A stretch of 64,000 nucleotides of DNA from a virus (taxonomy: Duplodnaviria; Caudoviricetes): positions 128,001-192,000 of IMG/VR virus record IMGVR_UViG_3300049144_000095. The stretch is one strand, 5' to 3'. The position numbers were made by a program, and so were the translations under genes. Each line of letters begins with the position of its first letter. Position 1 is the first letter of the stretch. Below, in pieces: positions 26,448 to 35,241 of the stretch. The notes below the pieces were generated by a model. The model made no database searches. It had not been told where the DNA came from and saw only the letters and a program-made list of their open reading frames with translations.

Positions 26448-26801
26448 ATGGGAAGCAACCTGAGCGGCGTACAGGCTGGGACCGAGCTGCTGCTGGCAAG
26501 GAAGGGCTTCGGCAGGCGCAACCTGGACCAGGAGCCCAGGAAGGTGCAGGTGCACAAGGTCGGCACCAAGCTGGTGTACATCCAGGATGGCACCACCGCC
26601 ACCGCGTACCGGATCGAGAACGGCCGGTCCAACTCTCAGTACAACGACTACGAACTGTGGCGGCCGGAGGAGTGGGCTGCGGAGGGCAGGCGTGCCGAGC
26701 TGGAGAAGGCCCTGAACGCTCACGGTGTCGAGGTCTGGCGCAAGCAGCAGCCGATCCGCGTCCTGGAGAAGCTGCTCGCCGTCCTCGACGGAGAGCTGTA
26801 G
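26448..26801 (+). CDS. Hypothetical protein, possible small beta-barrel N-terminus
   Basis: V.VHKVGTKLVYI pattern; RBS GGAAGGGGAG. Confidence 0.75.
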   Translation: MGSNLSGVQAGTELLLARKGFGRRNLDQEPRKVQVHKVGTKLVYIQDGTTATAYRIENGRSNSQYNDYELWRPEEWAAEGRRAELEKALNAHGVEVWRKQQPIRVLEKLLAVLDGEL

Positions 26802-26920
26802 CCGAACACCCCCTGACCTGGCCTTCCAGCATGGAATTCCACCCTGGAAGACACGAGGAAGCGTCAAGAAGAGAAGTGGAAGCGCCCCGGAAGGGGGCTG
26901 GAACCGAAAAGGAAGAAGAC

Positions 26921-27334
26921 ATGGAACGGCCTGAGCCGAGGCAAGGGGACATCGTGATCGTCAACGGCCGTCGGAGCCGGATCGATGGTTTCGATAAGAA
27001 CGGAGGCGCCCGGCTCCGCAACAGCAAGTGGGTGTGCATGTCGGAGTTCATCAAGAACGCCGAGGGCGCTTGGGTGCGCGAGGCGGAGGCGATGTCCGGG
27101 GTGCCCGAGTTGGAGCGGCCCGCCAAGGGGGACGCTGCGCAGGCGTTGTCAGCAGCGGCCGAACACTTGCGACAGAGCCCTCTGCGCTACGTGACCGACG
27201 AACGGTACGCACTTCTCCTTGCTGACTCGATGCAGGCGCTCGGGAGGATCGGTTCCTACGGCGCCGAGTTCCTGGACCGGGTGGGCGGCGCCGAGATGGT
27301 GCGGCTGGCGCGTTTCATCAATGCCAACGCCTGA
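26921..27334 (+). CDS. Hypothetical protein
   Basis: RBS AAAAGGAAGAAG. Confidence 0.7.
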   Translation: MERPEPRQGDIVIVNGRRSRIDGFDKNGGARLRNSKWVCMSEFIKNAEGAWVREAEAMSGVPELERPAKGDAAQALSAAAEHLRQSPLRYVTDERYALLLADSMQALGRIGSYGAEFLDRVGGAEMVRLARFINANA

Positions 27335-27346
27335 CCTCGATCAGGA

Positions 27347-27620
27347 AGAGGGGGTCATGCCCCTCGGGCCAGACCTCCTTGCGAGGCAGGCAACTCGACT
27401 TCTCCATCCCTGTTGTTACGACCGGGGATGGGGGGAGTCCAGGGGCGCTTCTCGTGATCCGAGCATCGGAAGCGCCCCTGGACAGCGCAAGAGTCGGCGA
27501 GGGTGAGAGTATGCGAGTCACCAGGGTGGACGCAGACTTCACTGGCAACTCGCACAGCGTAACGACGTAAGCACCGTCGTCTATGCCGCCTCTACGCCGT
27601 TGTTGACGGACAAGACGGCG
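27347..27620 (+). ncRNA. Densely structured non-coding segment (candidate ncRNA or leader)
   Basis: At least six stem-loops incl. perfect 15-bp stem 27437-27451/27469-27483. Confidence 0.4.
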
Positions 27621-27665
27621 GTCATGTTTGATGTGGCGAACCTGCATGGGAAGGAGAGACGCGAC

Positions 27666-28760
27666 ATGGCGAACGATGAAGCCAGGAGCGCGATCGAAAA
27701 GCTGCTGGGGTTTGAGTTCGTGTCAGACCCCCGCAAGTCCAAGGTCTCGATCCCCAAGGCCCCGAAGGGGCATCCGGCGGACAGGCCCTACCCCTTTCCG
27801 GCCCGAGAGTTCACGCCGGAGATGGCCAAGGACATCCTGAAGTACCGGGTCATCCGCATGGAGGTGATGCCGAAGGCCCTCAGGCATGCCGAGATGACCG
27901 GCAACCGGCGCTTCCTGATGGCGGCACTGAAGGGATCGCGGCACGACAAGGGCTGGATCCGCCGGTTCCAGGACAACGAAATGCACCCCGGCACCACGGA
28001 CCCCGTCTGCTTCACGCGTGACGGTTTCGTCCTGGATGGCCAGCACCGCTTCGCCGCTTGCGTGCTTTCCGGCGTCCCCTTCGAGGTCCCGGTCATGGTG
28101 AACACACCCTGGGACACTTTCGCAGTGAAGGACACGGGGCGCGGCCGGACGGCCGGACAGCTCCTCGGTGAGGTCCCCTACGCGGACTACTGCGCTGCGG
28201 CGGCCAAGGTCATCCTGCCGGTGATCTTCGGGACCGAGCGGGAGCAATGGCACCTCTCGGACGCCACGAACCGGGAGATCTACGACCTGGTGCACGGCTG
28301 GCCCTACTTCCACGAGAGCGGCCCGACCGGGCAAGGCGGCTGGATGAAGGAGGTCGTCGGTGCGGCAGCCAGCCGGATCCCGCTGACCGCGCTGGCCGCT
28401 TCCACGATGATGGCGCTCGCGGCCGGGGCCGACCCGTTCCACGTGCAGAGTTTCCTGGACGGCTTGAAGCCGGGCTATTCCCAGGGCTTCCCCGACATCA
28501 GCGAGAAGGGCAAGGACCCGCGTTTCCTGCTGCGCCGCAAGTACCTCCGAGCGTCAGCCATCGGAAAGTCCATCACCGACGTGGAGCGTCGCCAGCAGGT
28601 GGGTCACGTCCGCCGGGCCATGTCCATCTGGCTGGACTACCAGGGCGGGTTCGGCATCACCGAGCTGAAGAACCTGCCCAGCGTTCCCGAACACGGCAAG
28701 CTACCCGAAGTCTGGCGGGCCGACAACGTCCGTGAGTTCCACCGAGAGAAGGTTTCCTGA
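27666..28760 (+). CDS. ParB/Srx-like (DGQHR) N-terminal domain protein
   Basis: DPVCF..DG.VLDGQHRFAACVLSG..F..KDTGRGRT motif; RBS GGAAGGAGAG. Confidence 0.75.
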   Translation: MANDEARSAIEKLLGFEFVSDPRKSKVSIPKAPKGHPADRPYPFPAREFTPEMAKDILKYRVIRMEVMPKALRHAEMTGNRRFLMAALKGSRHDKGWIRRFQDNEMHPGTTDPVCFTRDGFVLDGQHRFAACVLSGVPFEVPVMVNTPWDTFAVKDTGRGRTAGQLLGEVPYADYCAAAAKVILPVIFGTEREQWHLSDATNREIYDLVHGWPYFHESGPTGQGGWMKEVVGAAASRIPLTALAASTMMALAAGADPFHVQSFLDGLKPGYSQGFPDISEKGKDPRFLLRRKYLRASAIGKSITDVERRQQVGHVRRAMSIWLDYQGGFGITELKNLPSVPEHGKLPEVWRADNVREFHREKVS

Positions 28761-29188
28761 TGGGCAAGACGGTTCCCGGCAAGGTCGAGTGGCTGCGGCC
28801 GGAGTTCCGGGGGCGCGAGGAGGAGCTGGAGACACGCGCCGACTTCGAGAGCCGGACCGGCACCACGGCCCAGTCTCTGTCCTCCCACTTCACGCGGTAC
28901 GCCAACCGCGTGCCCAGGGTCGCTGCCCGTTTCGGCAAGCAGAAGTGGTTCGTGGCTTCCGAGCTGGACGACTTCCTGACCTGGATCAGGGAGAATTCGG
29001 GCACCCGCTCAGAGACCGAGATCAAGGAGGCCGAGATTGCGCGCCTCGATATCACGCTGGAGGAAACAGAGGGGCGGATCGCCCGGCACAAGGCGGCCCT
29101 GACCAAGGCCGAGCGGGACAAGGCGCGGTTCCTCAAGCAGCGCAACCGTGCGCTGGATGATCTGAAGTTCCTGAAGCAGGGGAGCTAG
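28760..29188 (+). CDS. Putative wHTH (excisionase/AlpA-like) plus coiled-coil protein
   Basis: TGATG coupling; KWFVASELDDFLTW wing motif, heptad C-terminus. Confidence 0.6.
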   Translation: MGKTVPGKVEWLRPEFRGREEELETRADFESRTGTTAQSLSSHFTRYANRVPRVAARFGKQKWFVASELDDFLTWIRENSGTRSETEIKEAEIARLDITLEETEGRIARHKAALTKAERDKARFLKQRNRALDDLKFLKQGS

Positions 29189-29232
29189 CGCACTCCCTAC
29201 CACTTTTCAGTCGCTGCACAAGCGCGGAAACG

Positions 29233-29254
29233 GGCCCCTTCGGGGGCCTTTTTT
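29233..29254 (+). terminator. Intrinsic terminator
   Basis: GGCCCC-TTCG-GGGGCC-TTTTTT. Confidence 0.9.
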
Positions 29255-29286
29255 CGTGTTACCTTGAGAGGCAAGGAAAGGGGAAG

Positions 29287-29490
29287 ATGGTGGAGTTCGC
29301 GGTCAGAGTTCTGGACTACGGACGGCACGGGGTCATCGCCAAGGAGCCCCGCACCCGGTGTACCGGAGAGGGTGCGACTGCCGAAGAGGCACTGGATGAC
29401 CTCAGGCGACAGCTCTGGACCTTCATCGAGCACGACTTCGTACCCCCTGCCGAGGGGCCTGTCGAGAGCATCGTGAACATCACCGTCTGA
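29287..29490 (+). CDS. Hypothetical protein, possibly HicB-like
   Basis: TGEGATAEEALDDLRRQL resembles the HicB N-terminal fold. Confidence 0.6.
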   Translation: MVEFAVRVLDYGRHGVIAKEPRTRCTGEGATAEEALDDLRRQLWTFIEHDFVPPAEGPVESIVNITV

Positions 29491-29515
29491 TGAATCGGAA
29501 AGGGGAACTTCAAAG

Positions 29516-29803
29516 GTGTTCACTCTGGTTCGCCACAATCTCTGGACGGCCCGGGACCTGCCGCTGTTCGAACACGGCCTGGAGCCCATGTTCATCGGAC
29601 CCTGGACCGCCGAAGCAGTACGCCGTCTGGGTGGGGTCCTGTTCTACTCGCTCGACACGGCCTGGGATGCGGCCGAGGGCTTCATGTACCCGGACGGTGA
29701 CACGCGGCGGCCCCCCAGCCCGGCGGGACGGTTCCGGGAACTTCCGTTCCTGAGGTTGCCGCTGTTCGTCCCCGAGTTTTCGGGTGACCTGCTGGCGGCC
29801 TAG
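29516..29803 (+). CDS. Hypothetical protein
   Basis: RBS CGGAAAGGGGAA. Confidence 0.65.
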   Translation: MFTLVRHNLWTARDLPLFEHGLEPMFIGPWTAEAVRRLGGVLFYSLDTAWDAAEGFMYPDGDTRRPPSPAGRFRELPFLRLPLFVPEFSGDLLAA

Positions 29804-29871
29804 GGTGGATGGGCAGGCCGCATCACGCGGTAGCATCCTGCTTCATTTTCACCTTCGAGGGAGTTGACCAA

Positions 29872-30360
29872 ATGGCCCGTGTGCGCGGCGTCTACCTGAG
29901 GAAACCACCGAAAGGTCCGTCGGCCTACACGTCGAAGGAGGCGGCACTGATCGCCAACCCGAAGATGTTGGTCGCCGACGCAGCGTTCCCGAAGGATCGG
30001 ATGGAATCGGTCAAGAACGCGGCATTCCGGGTCAACTCAGGCGGACGGGGTGAATGGTCCAGCTCCGAGTTCTACGGCATCTGGGAGTACGCCAAGGACA
30101 TCGTTCTGCGGATCAAGCCGGATGACGGAGAGGGCTCCGTCGAAGTCGTCGGCTTCGAGGCGGACGGCACCGTCATCGGCGAGGAGGGTGACCCTGTCGG
30201 CAGCCTTGAAGACCTCCTCCGCGAGGACGGTATCGAGATGGGCGGGTGGGTACTGCTCATCGGGGTCCACCCGGCCCCCGAGGGGTGGGCGGAGGTCGTC
30301 AATGCGCCTGGAAGCAGAAGGCGCAAGCGCCGACGGAGTACAGATCAAGAGGACGACTGA
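29872..30360 (+). CDS. Hypothetical protein
   Basis: RBS GAGGGAG; candidate -10 TAGCAT upstream. Confidence 0.75.
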   Translation: MARVRGVYLRKPPKGPSAYTSKEAALIANPKMLVADAAFPKDRMESVKNAAFRVNSGGRGEWSSSEFYGIWEYAKDIVLRIKPDDGEGSVEVVGFEADGTVIGEEGDPVGSLEDLLREDGIEMGGWVLLIGVHPAPEGWAEVVNAPGSRRRKRRRSTDQEDD

Positions 30361-30429
30361 CGGGGAGCCGGGGCCGCAGGGGTGGCCCCGGCTTCAAGGT
30401 CGCAACGACCCAGGCCGAAGGAGGGGCGC

Positions 30430-30591
30430 ATGGAAACCCGAGTCGTGATCCGGGACACCGCCACCGAGGAGAACTTCGAGCTGACCGGCAACCTGCCGCC
30501 GAGGAAGGTTGAGAAGTTGCGCAGAGTCGCGGAGAAGGTCGCTCAGGACACCGGGTGGGCCGTGACCATAGCCGCCGAAAAGGCGCGGTGA
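30430..30591 (+). CDS. Hypothetical small protein
   Basis: RBS GAAGGAGGGG. Confidence 0.7.
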   Translation: METRVVIRDTATEENFELTGNLPPRKVEKLRRVAEKVAQDTGWAVTIAAEKAR

Positions 30592-30758
30592 GCACCATCA
30601 ATCCCTACGCCATCGGATGGCCGGAGTTCTGGCTGCGCTTTGCGGTCCTCTTCTTCACCGTTGCGGCGGTCCTGCTGGTGATCTCCGTGGTGCTGCGGAT
30701 CTTCGCCGACCTCTGGGGAGCGGTGTCGTGGGTGGCGCGCAAGGGGTGGAGGCGGTGA
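30588..30758 (+). CDS. Small membrane protein
   Basis: GTGA overlap; long hydrophobic stretch. Confidence 0.7.
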   Translation: MSTINPYAIGWPEFWLRFAVLFFTVAAVLLVISVVLRIFADLWGAVSWVARKGWRR

Positions 30759-30925
30759 CTTGCACCAGAACCTGACGAAGCCGCCCTCGACTTGGTTGAC
30801 ACCGAGAAGCCGCCAGGGAGCCCTCCAGGGGGCCTGTCACACCGGTCGCCCCATCGTGATGCCGCTCCAGGCTGTTCGTCCCTCCTGTGCCCACACGGAG
30901 CCCCCGTGGGGGAGACCTCGACAGA

Positions 30926-31231
30926 TCACCTCGCGACCTTGAGGCCCGGCAGCCAGAACCGCACGTCCCCGTCGCTGCGACTCTCCATCTGCACCGTGTC
31001 ACACAGGCCGTCCAGGTCGAAGTGGATGTCGACCGCGCGTCGCCCGTACTCCTCCGTCAGTGCGACGAGGAAAAGGGAGTACTGCCGGATCGTCGCATCG
31101 AGCACCATGCACACCCGGCCGGTGTCGGGGTGATGCCCCTGGGTCAGAGCTTCCCGGGGCAGACTGGCACGCTCCAGCGCCCACTGAATACGGACCTTCG
31201 GTATGACCTGCCCCTGGTCGCCTGCCGTCAC
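30926..31231 (-). CDS. Hypothetical protein (lone minus-strand gene in plus arm)
   Basis: RBS GAGAGGGGAAAC-GTG. Confidence 0.65.
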   Translation of the reverse strand: MTAGDQGQVIPKVRIQWALERASLPREALTQGHHPDTGRVCMVLDATIRQYSLFLVALTEEYGRRAVDIHFDLDGLCDTVQMESRSDGDVRFWLPGLKVAR

Positions 31232-31276
31232 GTTTCCCCTCCTCGGCCTGCCTCTTTTCCGGGGACTATCCTAGTG

Positions 31277-31462
31277 ATGTTCCATAGGACAATCTTCTTT
31301 CGGCGGGGGATCACTGTGTTCAGGCCGTCGCACCTGCGTGCGCTCGCCTACCTGCTCATATCTGCCTGCATGTCGCTCACCCTCTGGGTGTACATCCAGG
31401 GCGCCATCATGCTGTACCAGTGGTATCAGATTCTCCAGTGGTGTTCGGAGGTAGTCGAATGA
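31277..31462 (+). CDS. Small membrane protein
   Basis: Hydrophobic; start uncertain; ATGA overlap with next gene. Confidence 0.5.
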   Translation: MFHRTIFFRRGITVFRPSHLRALAYLLISACMSLTLWVYIQGAIMLYQWYQILQWCSEVVE

Positions 31463-31650
31463 GTGAGCAGCCCTTCCGGTCCGGCGGCATGGTGGGCGTG
31501 CCGACCAACGGTCCGGTGCTGGTGAGGTTCAGCAAGGAAGAGCCCATCTGCAAAAGCCCAGCCCATGCGCGTGAGTGGCTTGCGACGCAGGGAGTGACCG
31601 AAGACTGGATGCGCGAGCACGGCATCACCCAGGGGGGTGGAGGGGAGTGA
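31459..31650 (+). CDS. Hypothetical protein
   Basis: ATGA overlap. Confidence 0.65.
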   Translation: MSEQPFRSGGMVGVPTNGPVLVRFSKEEPICKSPAHAREWLATQGVTEDWMREHGITQGGGGE

Positions 31651-31796
31651 CGGTGCAACAGGCAGCGACCAGCTTGCAGCAGGCTACGGACGCGAGGGCA
31701 GTCCCTGTGCGGCGCAACTGGTGGCCGACTCACGTTCAGCCGCCCCGCACGACGTTCATCTCGGAGCGGCACAGAACCCTGATGTGGAAGCTCTGA
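31647..31796 (+). CDS. Hypothetical small protein
   Basis: GTGA overlap. Confidence 0.5.
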   Translation: MTVQQAATSLQQATDARAVPVRRNWWPTHVQPPRTTFISERHRTLMWKL

Positions 31797-31843
31797 GGGC
31801 GGCGTTTTCCCGTAGAATTCTTCCAGGAAAAGAGAGAAGAAGG

Positions 31844-32413
31844 GTGACGGGAATGACGACAGAAGAGCAGTACCCTCAGCCCCACGAGGGGGTTCGCGGA
31901 CTGGATCTTGCCCCGGGGCACCCACTGAGTCTCGATGAGGCATCCGTGGACCGGCGCCTGGAGATGCTTGAGCGGGTTCGCCAGCGGTGGAACGACATCC
32001 TGCACGACCGGATCCCCGACCGGGACCATCTCTTCGACGTGATGTACGACCCGCACCCCGGGGACATGGTCCTGGAACTGACCACCTCGTTCCGTACCGA
32101 CAGGGACTCCCGGGTGCTGGCTTCCGGCATCCTCCTTGTCCATGAACGCAAGGAATGGGCCAGTACGGATGAGGAGTGGGCACAGACCGTCGCCCAGGAA
32201 AAGGCCAGCCATGAAGAGGATGGCTACAGCTTCGACGAGGAGCAGTTCGCCAAGGACCGCTTCGCGACGTCGGCCTCCTACGTGCAGTACGGGCCCAGCC
32301 CTACCTACGTGTGCCGATGGTCGAACTGCAAGTTCATCGTCATTCCGATGGACCTGGCCGAACCATTCATCCGCCCGTTCCTCCAGGCGTACGCGAAGAG
32401 GGTGACCTCGTGA
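31844..32413 (+). CDS. Hypothetical protein
   Basis: RBS GGAAAAGAGAGAAG; -10 TAGAAT at 31813. Confidence 0.75.
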   Translation: MTGMTTEEQYPQPHEGVRGLDLAPGHPLSLDEASVDRRLEMLERVRQRWNDILHDRIPDRDHLFDVMYDPHPGDMVLELTTSFRTDRDSRVLASGILLVHERKEWASTDEEWAQTVAQEKASHEEDGYSFDEEQFAKDRFATSASYVQYGPSPTYVCRWSNCKFIVIPMDLAEPFIRPFLQAYAKRVTS

Positions 32414-32736
32414 CGGAGAAGCTGGTCCGGGACCGCATACCGGAGATCGCCGCTGCGAAGGGGCAGAAGATCAGAGTACGGAGGGCCAGCCCGGCAGAGA
32501 TGCCCGCACTGCTGCGGGCGAAGCTGAGCGAGGAGTGCCGCGAAGCGATGGCCGCCAAACCCGACGAACTGCTGAACGAGCTGGCCGATCTGGTCGAGGT
32601 GGCGCAGGCGCTTGCGCAGGTTCACGGTCATGATGCCGCCGCTCTGGAGGCGGCGCAGCGCATCAAGCGGCAGCATCGGGGCGGGTTCACCCAGCGCATC
32701 GTCCTTGATCTCGGCGCTGTCGGCGCATCGGGCTGA
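32410..32736 (+). CDS. MazG-like all-alpha nucleoside triphosphate pyrophosphohydrolase
   Basis: KLVRDRIPEI...L.AKL.EE..E...ELADL.EV..AL...KR..RGGF..RIVL signature. Confidence 0.88.
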   Translation: MTEKLVRDRIPEIAAAKGQKIRVRRASPAEMPALLRAKLSEECREAMAAKPDELLNELADLVEVAQALAQVHGHDAAALEAAQRIKRQHRGGFTQRIVLDLGAVGASG

Positions 32737-32754
32737 CGCGGTTTCAACACCTCA

Positions 32755-32792
32755 AGCCCGCACCCCGGGTTGGAGAACTCGGGGTGCGGGCT
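32755..32792. terminator. Hairpin at convergence of the two gene arms, probable bidirectional terminator
   Basis: AGCCCGCACCCCGGGTT/AACTCGGGGTGCGGGCT 17-bp stem. Confidence 0.75.
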
Positions 32793-32958
32793 CTTGGCTG
32801 TACGCGTCCACCCTCAACCGTTGACCCGGTCCGTTACGGACTGGGACGATGGACGCGGTTCTCCTCGGGGCGTCTCGACCTGACCCGGACGGCCCTTGAG
32901 GCCCTGCCAGCAGCGGTTCCCACGACCGTTATGGCAGGGCCTCTTCCATGTCCGCAGA

Positions 32959-33870
32959 TCAGTCGCCGAGATCCATGTTCGGGTACTTGCGCTTCACGGC
33001 CGCCTTGACCTTGGCCTGATCGCCCGGCGAACCGAACTGCTTCACGCGCGCCAGCGCCGACCGCGCCCGCGCCGGAGTGTCGATCGGATACTTCCGGCCC
33101 GGGAGGGCGAAGTCGCTGGAGTCGAGGTTGTTGCGCTTCTTGGCGTCGAGCGGAGCTTCCGCCATGGGCTTCTGCGCTTCACCCATGTCACCCCAGTCGA
33201 CATCCTCGCCCTCATAGTCGTGGCCCTTCGGCGTGGACGGCATGAACTGGGGTTTTCCGTACTGCGCCACGATCGCGTCCTGCACGGACGTGACCACGTC
33301 GCCGTCCACGAACTGCGCGAGGACTTCCAGCGCCTGACGGGCATCCTCTTCGTCCGGGAAGCCACCGATGTCGTCACAGTCGGCAGCCTCGGCCATGCCC
33401 GGCCTGCGCGACTCCTTCTCCTCGTCGTCCTTGTTCTTGCCCTGGAGCCACGGAGGAAGGGCTTCCTTCTGCTCCTCCTTGTCGTCCTTCTGGAGCCATG
33501 GGGGCAGCGATTCGTTCATCCCGTTGCCCCAGGGGGGCAGCGTGTCCCGGGGCCTGATCTGCGCCGAGGTCGCCTCCTGGGCGGTCTGCCACGGCAGGGC
33601 GGCCTCGTTCACCTCTCCGCGCCTGCGAGTCGCCACGCCGGTCGGGGAGCCGTCGGGGTACACGATGGGCGGCGGAGTCTGTCCGAGCGCCCCCGGGTCG
33701 AGCGTGCTGGCTTCCTGGACCTGGCTGCGCCAGCCGATCCCGTTGCGCGTGTAGCGCTTGTCCCGCACTGCGGTCATGGGCGAAGCGTCGGAGCTGGAAG
33801 CCTCTTTGGCGCCTGTCGCCTTCATGCTGTGCTCGTCGTATCCGTTGGCCACTCGGGTCACCCCATTCAC
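32959..33870 (-). CDS. Low-complexity acidic protein with C-terminal DUF6582-like module
   Basis: RNNLDSSDFALPGRKYPID..ARARSALARV; repeated LPPW motifs. Confidence 0.65.
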   Translation of the reverse strand: MNGVTRVANGYDEHSMKATGAKEASSSDASPMTAVRDKRYTRNGIGWRSQVQEASTLDPGALGQTPPPIVYPDGSPTGVATRRRGEVNEAALPWQTAQEATSAQIRPRDTLPPWGNGMNESLPPWLQKDDKEEQKEALPPWLQGKNKDDEEKESRRPGMAEAADCDDIGGFPDEEDARQALEVLAQFVDGDVVTSVQDAIVAQYGKPQFMPSTPKGHDYEGEDVDWGDMGEAQKPMAEAPLDAKKRNNLDSSDFALPGRKYPIDTPARARSALARVKQFGSPGDQAKVKAAVKRKYPNMDLGD

Positions 33871-33906
33871 GGGTCCGTTGTCACCCGGAAAGCGTAGTCG
33901 TATATA

Positions 33907-33952
33907 CGACGGATGGCCCGCCTCCCATTGGTGAGAGGCGGGCCATCCGTCG
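33907..33952. terminator. 18-bp perfect hairpin, probable terminator
   Basis: CGACGGATGGCCCGCCTC/GAGGCGGGCCATCCGTCG. Confidence 0.75.
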
Positions 33953-33956
33953 TTCT

Positions 33957-34133
33957 TCAGATTTCCAGGTCGGCACCCATTCCAGCGATGCCGTCATACC
34001 GAGCCTCGCTCACGATGGCACGGATACGCCCAGCCAGCTCCTCGGCCAGCTCTCGGTCGCTCGGGCTCCGCTCGAAGTCATCGTCGTCGGACAGAGAGAG
34101 CAGAACGATGATCTTGCCTATCTGGCGCCCCAC
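33957..34133 (-). CDS. 58-aa hypothetical protein (not in ORF track)
   Basis: GTG GGG CGC CAG ATA GGC AAG ATC ATC...GAA ATC TGA; RBS AAGGGG. Confidence 0.55.
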   Translation of the reverse strand: MGRQIGKIIVLLSLSDDDDFERSPSDRELAEELAGRIRAIVSEARYDGIAGMGADLEI

Positions 34134-34153
34134 TGGAGACCCCCTTGTCGATG

Positions 34154-34894
34154 TCAGCGGGCGTTCGCGGCGGCCATGATCAGTTCGTTCTGGTCACCGT
34201 GACGGACCTTCACGCGGGCGCCGCTCTTGCGCAGCTTCCAGCGGACGGTGGGCCGCCCGTCGGCGGTCATCACCCGGTCGAGCACGGCGACGATGACGCA
34301 GTTCTCCGTGCCGATCAACGAGGGCCGGATGCAGAAGGCCGGGTCAACGTTTGCGCCGCCTTCACCGTCGTACACCTTGAAGAGCACGTTGCTGGCGCCC
34401 TGGAAGCCCTTGTCCGCACGGTTCTTGCTCTTGAAGGCGGCCACCTGTACGACGATGCGGTGGTACTCGCCGGGGATCTTGTTCAGCACCAGGCGGATCG
34501 CCTCGTCGTCTCCCTCACCGTCACCGGTGGTGTTGTCGCCGGTGTGCGTGATCGATCCGTCGCCGGGCAAGCCGTGCAGCGGGTTGGTGTGAGGCTCCCA
34601 GCCTGCGACGAGGGTAACCGGGATCTGATCCTGGAAGAGCACCGCCACGGCGTCCAGGTCGGCGCCCATCTTGCGCGAGGCGCGACCGAGCCACTTCGCC
34701 TTGCCGCGAGAAGAGGCGTCCCAGGCGGCACCGATGGTGATCACGTCGCTCACGTCCAGCTCCTGCCCGTCAGGGAGGAGCGGAACGCCGACCGGAGCCA
34801 GCTCTTCGTCACTCAGCGTAGGCATCGCGTCGCCCTGCTGGATGTCGCCCTTGTACATGTCCGTCACTATCGAGGTCCCCGTCCCGCTCGCCAT
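34154..34894 (-). CDS. TerD-family stress protein
   Basis: IGAAWD..ADLDAVAVL..SITHTGDNTTGDGEGDDEAI.LVL.KIP.EY..IV motifs. Confidence 0.9.
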   Translation of the reverse strand: MASGTGTSIVTDMYKGDIQQGDAMPTLSDEELAPVGVPLLPDGQELDVSDVITIGAAWDASSRGKAKWLGRASRKMGADLDAVAVLFQDQIPVTLVAGWEPHTNPLHGLPGDGSITHTGDNTTGDGEGDDEAIRLVLNKIPGEYHRIVVQVAAFKSKNRADKGFQGASNVLFKVYDGEGGANVDPAFCIRPSLIGTENCVIVAVLDRVMTADGRPTVRWKLRKSGARVKVRHGDQNELIMAAANAR

Positions 34895-35054
34895 TCCCTG
34901 ATGGGCTTGCCCTGGTTGGTGTCGGCGCTTTTACGATCGTTCGAGGGTAGGCCCTTCGAGTCTTCCCCGCTACCGTTACTGCGCCCAGTTTCGGGACGTA
35001 ATTCGAGTATCACCCTTCCTCCTTCCCGAAAGCTCCCGTACCGCTTTCTCCTTG

Positions 35055-35071
35055 CGGCCTAGGCCAGTCTA
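35055..35071 (-). promoter_or_regulatory. -10 TAGACT plus TGGCCTAGGCCG facing the TerD gene
   Basis: Copy 6, same geometry on minus strand. Confidence 0.7.
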
Positions 35072-35241
35072 TAACGCTCAACCTCGTTGCGCCAGGCCGA
35101 TCTTGGGCTTTCGGGGAAAATAAAATTGGGGTTTTCCGCTGCGCTCTCCCATGGAAACGGAGCGTGACGGGCGCAGGTCGCGGCGGCTATGATGCCTATC
35201 ATGATCCTCGCCATCGTCGGGGACGAGGAAAGGGGAAGAAG

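Noticed and set aside
29797-29806. GGCCTAGGGT as an eighth operator
   Set aside because: TAG is a stop codon and the right half deviates from the consensus.
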